Part shown: positions 30,733-42,885 of the stretch, piece after piece
Layout of the letters: each line of letters begins with the position of its first letter
Numbering within the stretch: position 1 is the stretch's first letter
Assembly: GCF_009914755.1 (NCBI RefSeq)
Contig: NC_060928.1
Source of the DNA: the human T2T-CHM13v2.0 reference genome, Homo sapiens
DNA length: 64,000 nt
Reading direction: 5' to 3' (one strand)
Notes under the pieces: model-generated
Told to the model about the DNA's origin: nothing
Database searches by the model: none
The model's input: only the letters and a program-made list of their open reading frames with translations
Program-made: the position numbers and the translations under genes

Positions 30733-31030
30733 TTTTTTTCCTTTTTCTTTTTTGACACAGCGTCTTACTCTGTCACCCAGGCTGGAGTGCAGTGGCACAA
30801 TCTTGTCTCACTGCAACCCACGCCTCGTGGGATTAAGTGATTCTTGTGCCTCCCAGGTAGCTGGGACTACAGGTGCCTGACACCATGCCTGGCTAATTTT
30901 TGTATATTTAGTAGAGACAGCGTTTCGCCATGTTGGCCAGGCTGGTCTTGAACTCCTGGCCTCAAGTGATCTGCCCACCTCTGCATTTGAAAGTGCTGAG
31001 ATAACAGGCGTGAGCCACCGTGCCCAGCCT
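30733..31030 (-). mobile_element. Alu (Jb/Sz-like)
   Basis: Antisense dimer; approximate TSD ttgtcattcatt / ttattcattct. Confidence 0.9.
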
Positions 31031-32939
31031 TATTCATTCTTAGATGTTGGAATTTTAAAAAGCAATGAAAAATGTCAGCAAAATTTAGCATTTATTTTTC
31101 TACGTTCAGTAAAACATATCTCTCAGGGGTCTTATGGAGGTAAGGAAACATGAGAACCAGTTAGGTTAAATGACTGGTCCTGGGGCTCTATTGGTCGTTA
31201 ATTACAGAACACAGACTAGAGTTAGACTCCTCTTAATGAATCCACTATTTGTTTCTTTGTAGCAAACTAAGTTGAAGACTTCTCTATAAGAAAAGAGAAG
31301 AGAACCATTGCTGTGCTGTAATGCTCTGGGCTTTATAATGTTAACACACAAAATAATTTATATATCAAGTGGAAAACCTCTCAGAATACAGGAAAAGAAT
31401 CCAGTGTTCAATTATATTAAGAGTGAATAACATGCTGTGTTTGTTCCAATTTTAGTATTCATCATTTTTTGTAAAGTGTAAAATAACATACCGTCTGTTT
31501 TTTACTATAAAACATTTGAATGGCCTTATAAAATGTTTCTTGCAAAAGAAAGTTCTCTCACTGGTTATCATCACCATTTGTATTATACTTCAAAGAGAGT
31601 AAAGAATATAATGAAGGTTGGTGGCACCACCCAAGCGAATTAATCTCATAGCTTAGCATTATGTGGGACTTTTCATCAGGTCATCGCTGTTTACTCCACA
31701 GACATCAGATACCTCTCAAAATAGTTCTCCATGAAGCTTTTTTTCCTCTGCTGCAGAGATGGAGAAATGGAGAAACCCAGAAGTTAACTGTTAAGTTGTT
31801 TGTAATGTTTTTTGAAGTCCCCAGGGATTTTACAGAAAATGGAGCCGGAGTTGAACTCATCCCAAAACTCTTTGGATGTCTGGGATGGGAGGCATTGATT
31901 TCTCTCCCTGAGGCACAGCAAGAACTAGGCAGAGTAAATAGGACTAAACACTGGCCCTGTTTAATGTCGCTTGAGTAATGATGCTTGAGTAATGATGACT
32001 GACAGGTCGGAGGAGTGGGGCGTATGAGGATGGACTGACTCTGTTTTTCTTCTTTCCATATGGACTTATTCCTTTTGCTTCTACTTTTGTTTTTCCTTCC
32101 TGTTCCCTACTTAATAGTCTTGCTGAAAAATATATCTGACCTGTATTGAAGAATGGAATTAAACATACTGGGTTTTGGAGAACTTTTCCCATCACTCATA
32201 GTAAAACTCCAACATAGGTGATCCATAGGCTAAAATGAGATGTTCAGGAGTTAGGGTGAAGCTTCTTAAAAAAGTGATAGTGTGATGATGGTTGATTTTG
32301 CAAACTTGTTTTCTCTAAAGCATAATATAGCTGAGCTATGATCCTAAAGGTAAGGTGGTAGGTAGTATTAATGCCAGCAATGTACTGACTGTTTACTGGC
32401 TCAGACTCAAAGACTGTTAGCATTGGGCAGGGCCCCCTTTGGACCATGTTTGTAGCCTCTCTGTCCTCAGCAGAGTGTCTCTACAATATAAATAGTGGTA
32501 TTTGTGTCTCGTAGTTACTTGTAATGAAGCAGCCTGTTGTATTGCAGGTGGCCAGCTCTGCTTCGCAGGAAACCAGCTCTGCCTCCCTGTAACTTCTACT
32601 TACACTGGTTTTTTGTTGGGTCTCTAGGACCATGCAGGGTGAATCTAATAATTGTTCTTGTTAATATCTGTCAAAATTCAGAACAGATGTTGTGACTTTA
32701 CCTTCTCAAAGTTGTTTCTCATCAATCTTGAAGACTCCTTATCCTGCTGTTTTCTGCATGTTCTGTTTTGCCGGTATCCCTTCAAAATGTGGTCCTCCAA
32801 ATGAAACATGGTGCCCCCAAAGTTTTGGAGAACTCCTTTGCTGTGTGGAAGTGCGGACTGTGACATGTAAGGGTTTGGGGTCTGTAAATTCTATTTATCA
32901 ACCTCTCTCCACTTTTTTTCCCTTAGTTTTGTTTATTGC

Positions 32940-33232
32940 TTTTTTTTTTTGAGATGGAGCCTTGCTCTGTTGCCCAGGCTGGAGGGCAGTGGTGTGATCT
33001 TGGTACACTGCAACCTCTGCCTCCTGGGTTCAAGCGATGCTCATGCCTCAGCCTCTCAAGTAACTGGGATTACAGGTGTGCACCACAATGCCAAGCTGAT
33101 TTTTGTAATTTTAGTAGAGATGGGGTTTCACCGTGTTGGCCAGGCTGGTCTCGAACTCCTGGCCTCAAGTGATTCACCCGCCTTGGCCTCCCAAAGTGCT
33201 GGGATTACAGGCATGAGCCACTGCATCCAGCC
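32940..33232 (-). mobile_element. Alu (Sz-like) inserted in an L1 tail
   Basis: Poly-T plus antisense dimer. Confidence 0.92.
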
Positions 33233-33918
33233 TATTTATTTTTCTTTTTTTATTGATACATAACTGTACATGTTTATGGGATACATGTGATATTTTGATA
33301 CATGCATACAATGTGTAATGATCAAATCAGGGTAATTGGGATATCTATTGCCTCAAACATTTATCATGTGCTTTGGGAACATTTCATATCTTTTCTTGTT
33401 ATTTTGAAATGTTTTTAATTATAGTCAGCCTTCTGTACTGTCAAACACTAGAAGTTATTCCTTCTGTCTAACTCTGTTTGTACCCATTAGCCAACCTCTT
33501 TATTGCCCCTCTCCCATGCTTCCCTACCTCTGGTAACCACCATTCTTCTCTCTACCTCCATGAGGTCAACTTTATTGGCCCACACATTTGAGTGAGAACA
33601 TGTGATACTTGTCTTTCTGTGTGTGGCTTGTTTTACTTAATATAATGACCTCCAGTTCCATCCATGTTGCTGTAAATTACAGCATTTTATTCTTTTCTGT
33701 GGCTGAATAGTATTCCATTATATCTATCTATAGACCATGTTTTCTTTATCCATTCATCCATTGATGGACACTTAAGTTAATTCTATGTTTTGGCTGTTGT
33801 GACTACTGCTGTAGTAAACATGAGGTGTGCAGGTTTCCCTTTGATATGCTGATTTTCTTTGCCTTGGATAAATATTCGATAGTGGGAATGCTGGATCATA
33901 TGGTAGTTGTATTTTTAG
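33233..33918 (-). mobile_element. L1MA-type 3' end
   Basis: ttttattgatacataactgtacatg...tgtaatgatcaaatcagggtaattggg...tccagttccatccatgttgctg...gctggatcatatggtagtt. Confidence 0.85.
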
Positions 33919-35520
33919 TTTTTTTTTTTTTTTTCTTTCAGGTTCAGGGGTACATGTGCAGGTTTGTTATATAGGTAAACTGTGTGTCACGGGGGTTTGG
34001 TGTACAGATTATTTTGTCATCCAGGTAATAAGCATGGTACCCAATAGGTAGTTTGTTTTTGATCCTCACCCTCCTCCTACCCTCCACCCTCAAGTAGCCC
34101 CCCAGGTCTGTTGTTCCCTTCTTTGTGTCCATGTGTAGTCAGTGTTTAGCTTCCACATATAACTGAGAGCATGCTATATTTGGTTTTATGTTCCTGCATT
34201 TGCTTAGGATAATGGCCTGCAGCTCCATCCATGTTGCTGCAAAGGACATGATGGTGTTCTTTTTTTTATGGCCATATATTATTCCATGGTGTATATGTAC
34301 CACATTTTCTTTATCCAGTCTACTGTTGGTGGACATCTAGGTTGATTCCCTATCTTTGCTATTGTGAATAGTGCTGCGATGAACATAAATGTATGTGTGT
34401 CTTTATGGTAGAATGATTTCTATTCCTCTCTGGGTATATACCCAATAATGGGATTGCTGGGTCAAATGGTAGTTCTGTTTTAAGTTGAGAAATCTCCAGA
34501 CTGGTTGAACTAGTTTATATTTCCATTAGCAGTGTATAAGTGTTCCCTTTTCTCCACAGCCTTGCCAGCATTTGTTATTTTTTGACTTTTTGGTAGCCAT
34601 TGTGACTGATGTGAGATGGTATCTCATTGTAGTTTTGATTTGCATTTTTCTAATTATGAGTGGTGCTGAGCTTTTTTTTATATGATTGTTGGCCACATGT
34701 ATGTCGTCTTTTGAAAAGTTCTTGTCCTTTGCCCACTTTTTAATGAGGTTGTTTTTTGCTTGTTAATTTAAGCTCCTTATAGGTTCTGGATATTAGACCT
34801 TTGTCAGATGCATAGTTTGGAAATATTTTCTCCTATTCTGTGGGTTGTCTGTTTACTCTGTTGATAGTTTCTTTTTGCTGTGCAGAGGCTCTTTTGTTTA
34901 ATTAGGTCCCATTTGTCAATTTTTGTTTCTGTTGCAGTTGCTTTTGGCATCTTCATCATGAAATCTTGGCTAGGTCCTCTATCCAGAATGGTATTTCCTA
35001 GGTTTTCTTCAAGAGTTTTTACAGTGTCAGGTTTTACATTGAAGTCTTTAATTCATCTTGAGTTAATTTTTGTATATGGAGTTAGGAAGGGGGTCTAGTT
35101 TCAGTCTTCTGCCTATGGCTAGCCAGTTGTTCCAGCACTGTTTACTGAATAGGGAGTCCTTTCCCCATTGTTTGTTTTTGTTGACTTTGCCAGAGATCAG
35201 ATGGTTGTAGGTGTGAGGCTTTATTTCTGGGCTCTCTATTCTGTTCCATTTGTCTGTGTGTCTTTGTACCAGTACCATGCTGTTTCGGTTACTGTAGCCA
35301 TGTTGTACAATTTGAAGTCAGGAAATGTGATACCTCCAGCTTTATTCCTTTTGCTTAGAATTGCTTTGGCTATTCAGGCTCTTTTTTGGTTCCATGTGGA
35401 TTTTAGAATAGTTTTTCTAATTCTATGAAGAATGTCAATGGTAGTTTGATAGGAAGAACATTGAATCTGTAAATTGCTTTGGGCAATATGGCCATTTTAA
35501 CAATATTGATTCGTCATATC
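33919..35520 (-). mobile_element. L1PA (old primate, ~PA13-16) 3' UTR plus ORF2 C-terminal remnant
   Basis: Own poly-T tail then ggtacatgtgcaggtttgttatataggtaaac. ORF 35063-35278 (-) gives the L1 ORF2 peptide [18 protein letters not shown]...[10 protein letters not shown]; the reading frame is broken. Confidence 0.92.
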
Positions 35521-35591
35521 CCTTCTCTTCATTTTTTAAAAAACTAGTTCTTAGAAAACCAAAGCAAAATAATAATTTATAATTTAAATTA

Positions 35592-35751
35592 GGCCAGGCA
35601 TAGTGGCTCACACCTATAATTCCAGCACTTTGGGAGGCTGAGGTAGGAGGATCACTTGAGATCAGAGTTTACGGCAACAGTGAGCTATGATCACACCACT
35701 GCATCGTGGGCAACAGAGCAAGACCCTGTCTCTTTAAAAAGATATAAAAAA
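35592..35751 (+). mobile_element. Alu monomer (FLAM/FRAM-type)
   Basis: ggccaggcatagtggctcacacc...gtgagctatgatcacaccactgca...agaccctgtctct. Confidence 0.85.
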
Positions 35752-36636
35752 GGTAAATTAACTATCTTACTCATGTAATATTGCATACAGTGTGGATAAC
35801 ACGCCTATGAAACTTTATGCTAACACAAAGGGCTAATAATCCCAAACTGTCTCAAATTTAAGATTATTTACTCTCCAACCCTGAAGGCTAAAAAGAAGCC
35901 CATGTTTGTACTTATACAATATTTTCCACCCAATGAGCCCTTTATTATAATAAAATTTTTATTTATAAAATCCATACTTTAAGCCTTTTGTTTATATTTA
36001 TTTAACTCACAAGAACTACCATGCACACATACTGACGGAGCTGAGTGACTGAATCCAGGCAGGGCAGATTTGCAATGCTGAGAGCTCTCCCCACCCATCT
36101 TACCACCTCAGTGTCCAGAGTCCAGGCGGCTTTCCAGGTCGGATCAAATTTACTCTAAATTTGTCTAAATCGGCTCTCCAGACATTATAGTTACATATAT
36201 CTATTATCTCACTTTTCATAATGTTAGTCTCATTTAGACTTTTGTGTTAGTTTGTCCAAAAGTGTTTCAATACCAGATTATAGTAATGCCAGATTATAGT
36301 AATCAGATAACATATATTATTATATATGAATATTGTATAATATATAATTCATTATTAATATAATCTGGCATTATATAGTACCAGATTAAGTAATCAGGGG
36401 CTTTTTTTCTGTTTTTGGGGGGGCGGGGGATGGAGTTGCTGCTTATAGATCAATGCCTGTCTGAAGACTGTTGCTTATGATAAGGAGTTTGCTGCTTTCA
36501 TCAAGAAAGTATTGCTGTGGGAAAATGTTAGTTAAACTAAACAAAGGTGCTTAGTGACTTGGTTAATTTACATTCTATACAGATTCCTTGTCTGGCAGGT
36601 ACCCTGTGACAAACCCTTCAGGCGCCAGCATATTAT

Positions 36637-36790
36637 CTTTTTTGAGACAAGATGTCATTCTGTTGCCCAGGCTGGAGTGTGGGGATGCCATCATAGCTCA
36701 CTACAACCTTGAATTCTTGGCCTTAAGTGATCCTCCTGCCTCAGCCTCCTGAGTAGCTGGGACCACAAGTGTATGCCATCCTGCCCAGCT
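36637..36790 (-). mobile_element. Alu right monomer (AluJ/FRAM)
   Basis: gagacaag...catagctcactacaaccttgaattcttggcc...cccagcta. Confidence 0.85.
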
Positions 36791-37019
36791 AAAGGGGCCA
36801 ACATTTTGAATAGCATTGCCTGTAGGTGCCACGAAACTGCCCCTGCCACCCAGTTCTAAGAAGTAGATCCATTGGTTTTCCAAGTCTCTAGTAAGCGTGA
36901 AACCCGGTGAAAGGATGCTACGCCTAATTCATATGTCAAATTAAACCTAACAGCCCAGTGCCATTTAGTGTGGGGGCAGGTAATTCTGCTGAACAGTTTG
37001 AGAATGAAACTTTGAAAAT

Positions 37020-37220
37020 GGCAAGGTCATGAGTTAGGAATTGGAGAGACCTGGCTTTGATTCTGGTTTTACTGTGTGACATATTTTGCTTCCCTTGAGG
37101 TCTGTTCCCACCCCCCAATTCATGAAATGGAGACATAAGATCTACCTTGTAGGATTTCTAAGGATTAGGAATGATTTTTATATGAAATATCCTGCATAAC
37201 AGTAGATGCTTACTATTGTT
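37020..37220 (+). mobile_element. MIR
   Basis: gagacctggctttgattctgg...ctgtgtgac...tgaaatggagacataag...taaggatta. Confidence 0.6.
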
Positions 37221-38089
37221 AAGAATTTTGAAATGATAATTAAAGCTCTAAAAAAGAAAAAATATAGGTGATTGTATTAGGTAATAAAAAGTATGACATG
37301 AAACTATTGTTCAAAAGGTGATACAAGAAGAAAAAGGAACAGAAGAACTTATATTCCAGAATTATTTTTTTTTTAAATGTAGGAAAATTAGAAAATTAAA
37401 GAGAATTTTTCTGAAATGGTCAGGAACGTAAAGAGGTCGGTGTATTTTAAGTGTGTAAGTGACAGAAGGAATTGCCTTCTTCAAAATAATGGAAAAACAT
37501 TTGACTACCTAAAAATAGAGAGTTCAAAAGCATAATCCAAAAAAAGGCCATAAAGAGGAAAATATTTGAAACCAAATTATTATATATCAAACTTGTAATA
37601 GAGCAAATAAAGACTGTATATCAATGGCATTTTATACCAGAGACATAATTGTAATCAAATAAGAAAAAAGCACACAAAATCAATTTTGAAAAAAGTTGAA
37701 CAAATAGAGTAATGAACCCCATATCACTTGGTGACTAGAGGATGCTAGCAGTCTCCTGCCTAGTGTCCTTTGAACTGGAGCCTGAATTGTATTAATGGTC
37801 CAGAAAAAGTTCATGAAGGTCCTCGTCCTCCTTTGGTTGTATGGGTGTATAGGGGAAGAGAGAATCAATGATGAAGTTAAATCCAGAGTATCAGTAATAA
37901 AAAGGTAACGGGAAAATGTGCTTTATAGGCATGTGGATCTTTGTTCAATGAATAATTATTTCTTACATGTCTTTTTGTGGTCTTTTCAGTAATCTACCGA
38001 TTTAGAATCAAAGCTAGTTGAAGTTAGAAAGTATGGATCACACATCCTGCCACTGTGTGCATCTACTTTATATACAACTAACAACTGTG

Positions 38090-38615
38090 GGACCCCAGTT
38101 ACAAAGGCTGTCGGAGGTGAGCCCACTGAGAGCTGGCAGGGGGTTTCTTATGCAGGTTGTATGTGGGTTTTGGAGAAGGTGAGAGAAGTGCATTCTAGGA
38201 GGAAGGCAGAGCATGTACAAAGACTGCAAGGAAGGAAAAAACTTTGGCATTTTTTTTTTTTTCCAGGAACAGAAGGGAGGCTGTTGAAGCTGGAGTTAGG
38301 TTAGCTTAGGGGTTGATGAGGCTGCAGAGTGAGCAGAGGTCAGATCATGCAGGGTCTTTCAGGCTCTAGGAAGGAATTGGATTTTATCCTGAATACAACA
38401 GAATGATACTGAAGGTTTTAAGCAGGGGAGTAAGGAGATCCAATTCATATTTTAAGTTAAGTTTTGCTGCTGTGTGGGAGTTGGGTTGGAGGAAAGAGTG
38501 GGAGCAGAGTAATGTGTTCACAGTGGAGATAGAGAAGTGAGCAGATCCGTGGGATGTTTGCATGTAGAGTGAATGTGTAGGGGGTTAAGGGAAAGGCAGG
38601 AATCAAGCATGATTT
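38090..38615. mobile_element. L2 fragment
   Basis: gcattctaggaggaaggcagagcatgtacaaag...ggtcagatcatgcagggtctt...ggattttatcct...gaaggttttaagcagggga. Confidence 0.7.
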
Positions 38616-38849
38616 GTCATAGAATGATTTCTTGCCAAAAATGACAACCTAAAAACATTTGGCATTTTGGAGCATTCTCAACTCTGGGCCCCCTCTGGTT
38701 CTGCACTCTTCTAGGACCTCATTTTAGCTGCCTTTTCTCCCTCTGCCCCCTCCCTTCTGTTCTGCTCTCCATTTGTGTCTCCTTCTTAGTTTAATTCTCT
38801 ATTTTCAACTCTAGATTTCCTCTACTTTTTCCTTTTAAAAACTATTCTT

Positions 38850-39147
38850 GCCAGCTGCCCTGGTGGCACCTGTTGTCCCAGCTTCCCAGGAGGCCAAGGC
38901 AGGAGGATCTCTTGAGCCCAGGAGTTCCTGGCTGTAGTGTAGTGTGCGATGTTAATCAGGTGTCTGCACTAAGTTTGGCATCAGTATGGTGACCTCTTGG
39001 GAGCCTGAGGAGGAGCCAACTGGCCCAGGTCAGAAATGGAGCAGGTCAAAACTCCTGTGCTGATCAGTATAGCATCATGCCTGTGAATAGCCACAGCACT
39101 CCAGCCTGGGCAACATAGCAAGACCTCGTCTCTATAAAAAACAAAAC
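38850..39147 (+). pseudogene. 7SL (SRP RNA) retro-pseudogene
   Basis: Alu-domain ends enclose S-domain sequence absent from Alus (gtgtctgcactaagtttggcatcagtatggtgacctc; caggtcagaaatggagcaggtcaaaactcctgtgctgatcagta). Short A tail and a degenerate TSD (aaaactattctt / aaaacaccattcct). Confidence 0.93.
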
Positions 39148-39578
39148 ACCATTCCTTATTTAATTTTAATCACCTTTCTTCAAATAATCGACAGTCAAAA
39201 TTTCTGGCCCTGACCTCTATCTGCAACCGTTTGTGGAATTTGTGTAGTTAATCTGCTGCATTCTGAAATAGCTAACATGCATTTTTTTTCTTGATCTTAA
39301 ATTAGCTTCCTCTCTTGACTTCCCTTTTTCTTTTTAATGGTTCCACCAATCTTTGTCATCCAGACAGGATAACTTAGTAATATTTGATTCATTATTTTCC
39401 TTCACTGCAATTCTACATGTAAACTCCAATATTGGTTCTAGGTTGTTGATGAAGAAACTAAAGCTCAGAAGCATTGTCACCTGCCCAGAGTCACACAGCT
39501 GGTCACTGGTGACACGGGTTTGTGAGCCCCACTCTGACTTCAGACCCACATTCTCAATCATTGCACTATACTGTACAC

Positions 39579-39812
39579 CAGCGGTCCCCAACCTTTTTGG
39601 CACCAGGGACTGGTTCCATGGAAGACAGTTTTTCCATGGATTGGGTTGGGGGATGGTTTTGGGATGACTCAAGTGCATGACATTTATCATTAGATTCTCA
39701 TAAGGAGTGTGCAACGTAGATCCCTCACGTATGCATAGTTCACAATAGGGTCACGCTCCTCTGAGAATCTAATGCCCCTGCTGATCTGGGACCCAGGGCT
39801 TGGGGACCCCTG
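39579..39812. mobile_element. MER1B-like hAT MITE, internally deleted
   Basis: TIRs cagcggtccccaacc / gcttggggacccctg; 8-bp TSD ctgtacac / ctatacgc. Confidence 0.88.
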
Positions 39813-41653
39813 CTATACGCCAAGGAGATTTAGGATAACGCTTTTCCAAAAGATACCTAACTTTACTTTGTTTTTAATATATGCTAAATTTTAAGGTTGA
39901 GACTACTGCTATTAACAACTGTCATTCTATTATTTAGTATTTTCTCTATAAGTATGTCACATATAGTATCTCTTTATAGAGATTTTCAATTTCTTATAGC
40001 AGCTTATTTACATTCACCCTTTTTGAGCGGGAAGAAGAAAGGAGTGATATTGAGTGGTGGGCACAAGATTCTCCCTTTTTTCTTCCCTACCATTACAGGC
40101 GAGAGATCATTTACCCTTGCTCCTGCAAATACTGTTTCATTGTTCGAAACATAGTTGGCCATCTGGCAAAAACTGTTATTTAAAACTTGCATTCTTTTAT
40201 TACTAGTGAAGTTGGAAACATTTTTTGGTGTTTACTAGTGATTTCTATTTATTTTGTGAATTGCATTCATTGTTCACAGTTAACATTATCCCCATTATTA
40301 TCATTGGCCCTTAGCTCTGAAACTTGGTAGAGATGAATTAAAAGGTGCAACCAGTCTTCTAACTTCTGCATCAGAAATTGGGTTGAAGATGTCTTACATG
40401 AACCTGTGGCTTCTGAGTATTTAACAAACTTTTATATTAACCATCTGAACGTTTACATCTCATCTTTAATACAAATTCTGGAAGTGGTGGTGCAGAGTTG
40501 CCAGTCTGAGAGATTCAGGCTCAGCTGGAGAATGTGTTGGGCCTGAAGTAACACAACTGTAAACCTATTTGTGGAGAACCTAAATGCACATACAGTGATT
40601 TGCCTCCACATCAAAGACCTCTCTGTAGTGCCTTAGGGTATGGTGAGGGCAGTAGTCCAGATAGAGGGCCCTCAGTGACTGTCCCATCTTTTAGAACAGA
40701 GCCCACAGGGTTGGGTTCTTGCAAGATCTATCTGGGGAATCTTCCTAAAGCCATCACGACAGGGTCTGTCACTTCATTAACTCAACAAATACTAATTGAG
40801 CATCTACTCTGTGCCTCATTTTGTTCTAGATCCTGTGGTTATGGCAGTGAACAAAATGAATAGAAATATCCCTGACCTCAGAGTTTCCCTTCGGGGACAA
40901 GTTTAGCTCCCCTGGAGGCTCTCCATACTTGACTTTCTCAAGTCTAACTCTTTCTTTGCTTCCTAGCTCCTCGCCTTAATCCTCTTTTTCCTGTGGCCCT
41001 TAGATCAAGCCTGGCTTCCTCTTCATTTTCAGTGTTCTGCTACTAAGTTCAACAGCTTCTGTTAATAAGGGACTTCTTTTATTCCTGGCTTCACCATGTC
41101 CTAGCTGCAACCCTCAGTCCCACCCAAGTCAGACTGGTAAGTGCGGGCCCCAGGCCCCCAGTGTCCTCTTGTGAGAATTCTCTTTGTCTTCTAGTAGCTC
41201 CTCGTTGGAATACTGGCCATTCTTTTAACACATTGGCTTCTGAAATAAGTGTAGAACATGTGTGAACCCACTGTGTATATTGGGGTTCACTGCTCCCTAG
41301 GGAGTTTGGTCTACCTGAGGCATGTGATTTGTGTAGATCCTCAAGTAACAGCCCAGGGATGACAATCTTGACTTGTAAGCATGGCCACATTATCCTGCAG
41401 CCCTGACTGTCCTGATAATTGGGTACCATCCATTCTTTTTGTTTTACTTAAAAGCAGTTTATGCTCAGTGAAGAATATTTGAAAAATACTGACAAATATG
41501 CAATGGCTTTTTTAAAAAAAAAAAAAAACAAAACACTGGTTAAGGTTTTCTTTTGAGGGGGGAGCTTACCTTCTAAACAGCTGTTTTATGTGCAACTGCA
41601 TACTTTTCTCCTGCTTTCATTGATGTTTTACAAGTTGACATTTGTGTCTTATC

Positions 41654-42199
41654 TGTAACCTGCTTGCAGATTGGTCGCTAGCCACTTGCAGAGTGCAATT
41701 AACAAGAGTGAGCTCCGATATAAAGATGGTGATTTATTTCCAAAGCTAGCTTAGAGGAAGAAGCACAGGTGTCCCACCTCCAAATGTACCCCTTAGCTTT
41801 TGGAGCAGAAAGTGGGCACTTTTAAAAGTCAAGGGAGGGTGTAAGCAAGGTGGGGGATACCTGTGTTAGCTTGGTGCCTTATCAACGAGGCGGCTGAGCT
41901 GGTGACTGCTGGGGTCTTCATGGGTGTGACTAGGCCCTAAACCCCTCAGGTGGGAGAGAGTAGTGGGAATGTTTTTCGACTGTTCTCTCGAGGCAACCTC
42001 CTGATGGGTGAGAGTTGCATAGCAGGCATGCCTTGGTCTGTAAATTGACTAACTCTCGAGGACTTGGATGAACTTAGTAGGGAATGGCTGGTGAAGGAGG
42101 GAGTAAAAAGCTATTTTTTAGCATTTCTAAAAGGCTGCGTAGGAAGTGGGGAATGAAAAAAAGAAAACATCTCTTTGAAAAATGGGGTACTTGGTTACA
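41654..42199 (-). mobile_element. Solo LTR, probably ERV1 class (family not determined)
   Basis: 546 bp with TGTAAC...GTTACA inverted termini, approximate 4-bp TSD tatc/tatt, and AATAAA on the minus strand at ~41731. Confidence 0.75.
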
Positions 42200-42659
42200 T
42201 ATTTATGTAACACCTTCTCCCTCTTTGAACACAGCTAGTTTTCAGGAGGTCCAGGCCCGTGTCAGTATGCTCTAGGGTGCTGTGGATGATGTTGATTCTG
42301 GGGTCTAGCTTGACCTTGCTTGTGAGGAATACTTCACAGACCTCACTACCCAGCCAGCACATTCATTTTCTAACAGCCACATTTCCAGATTTCCTTTCCT
42401 TCCTTCTTTCCTCCTGTTGGCTTTGTGTTCCTCAGTGTAGCTCTCCGTTTCCTTCCAGTCTTCCTGGGAACTGTTCCTTCCCCAGGAGCTGCCCATAAAG
42501 CCTTTTCCCCACCTCTGCTTCTTTCTTCTCTGCTAATATTTCAACATAGTCAAGATATTTTGATTATTCACATACATTTTACAAGGACATTGTAAAGAAA
42601 GGGCTTTGTGGCCCAACTGTGGTCTGAGCAGTGTTTGTTCCCCACACCGAGGCAGCATA

Positions 42660-42885
42660 TTTTGATGGTTTAGACTGAGAACTGAACCCAGGACCCAAAG
42701 CCTGGCTTTACCATTTAATGTGATCTGACTTCTGTGCCCCTTCTTATGCTTGTCTCTAAAATACAGTGTGAAAATGTCCATGTAATTTGTTATAGTGAGC
42801 ATTAAATGCACTAGTACATGCAGAGTACTCACTTGGAGCAGCGACTGGCACAAAGGGAGTGTTAAATAAATATTAGATGGTTATT
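42660..42885 (+). mobile_element. MIR
   Basis: cctggctttaccatttaatgtgatct...gtgagcattaaatg...ctggcacaaagggagtgttaaataaat. Confidence 0.55.

Noticed and set aside
33919-35520. Active L1 or coding ORF2
   Set aside because: 5'-truncated, with frameshifts and stops; only fragments translate.
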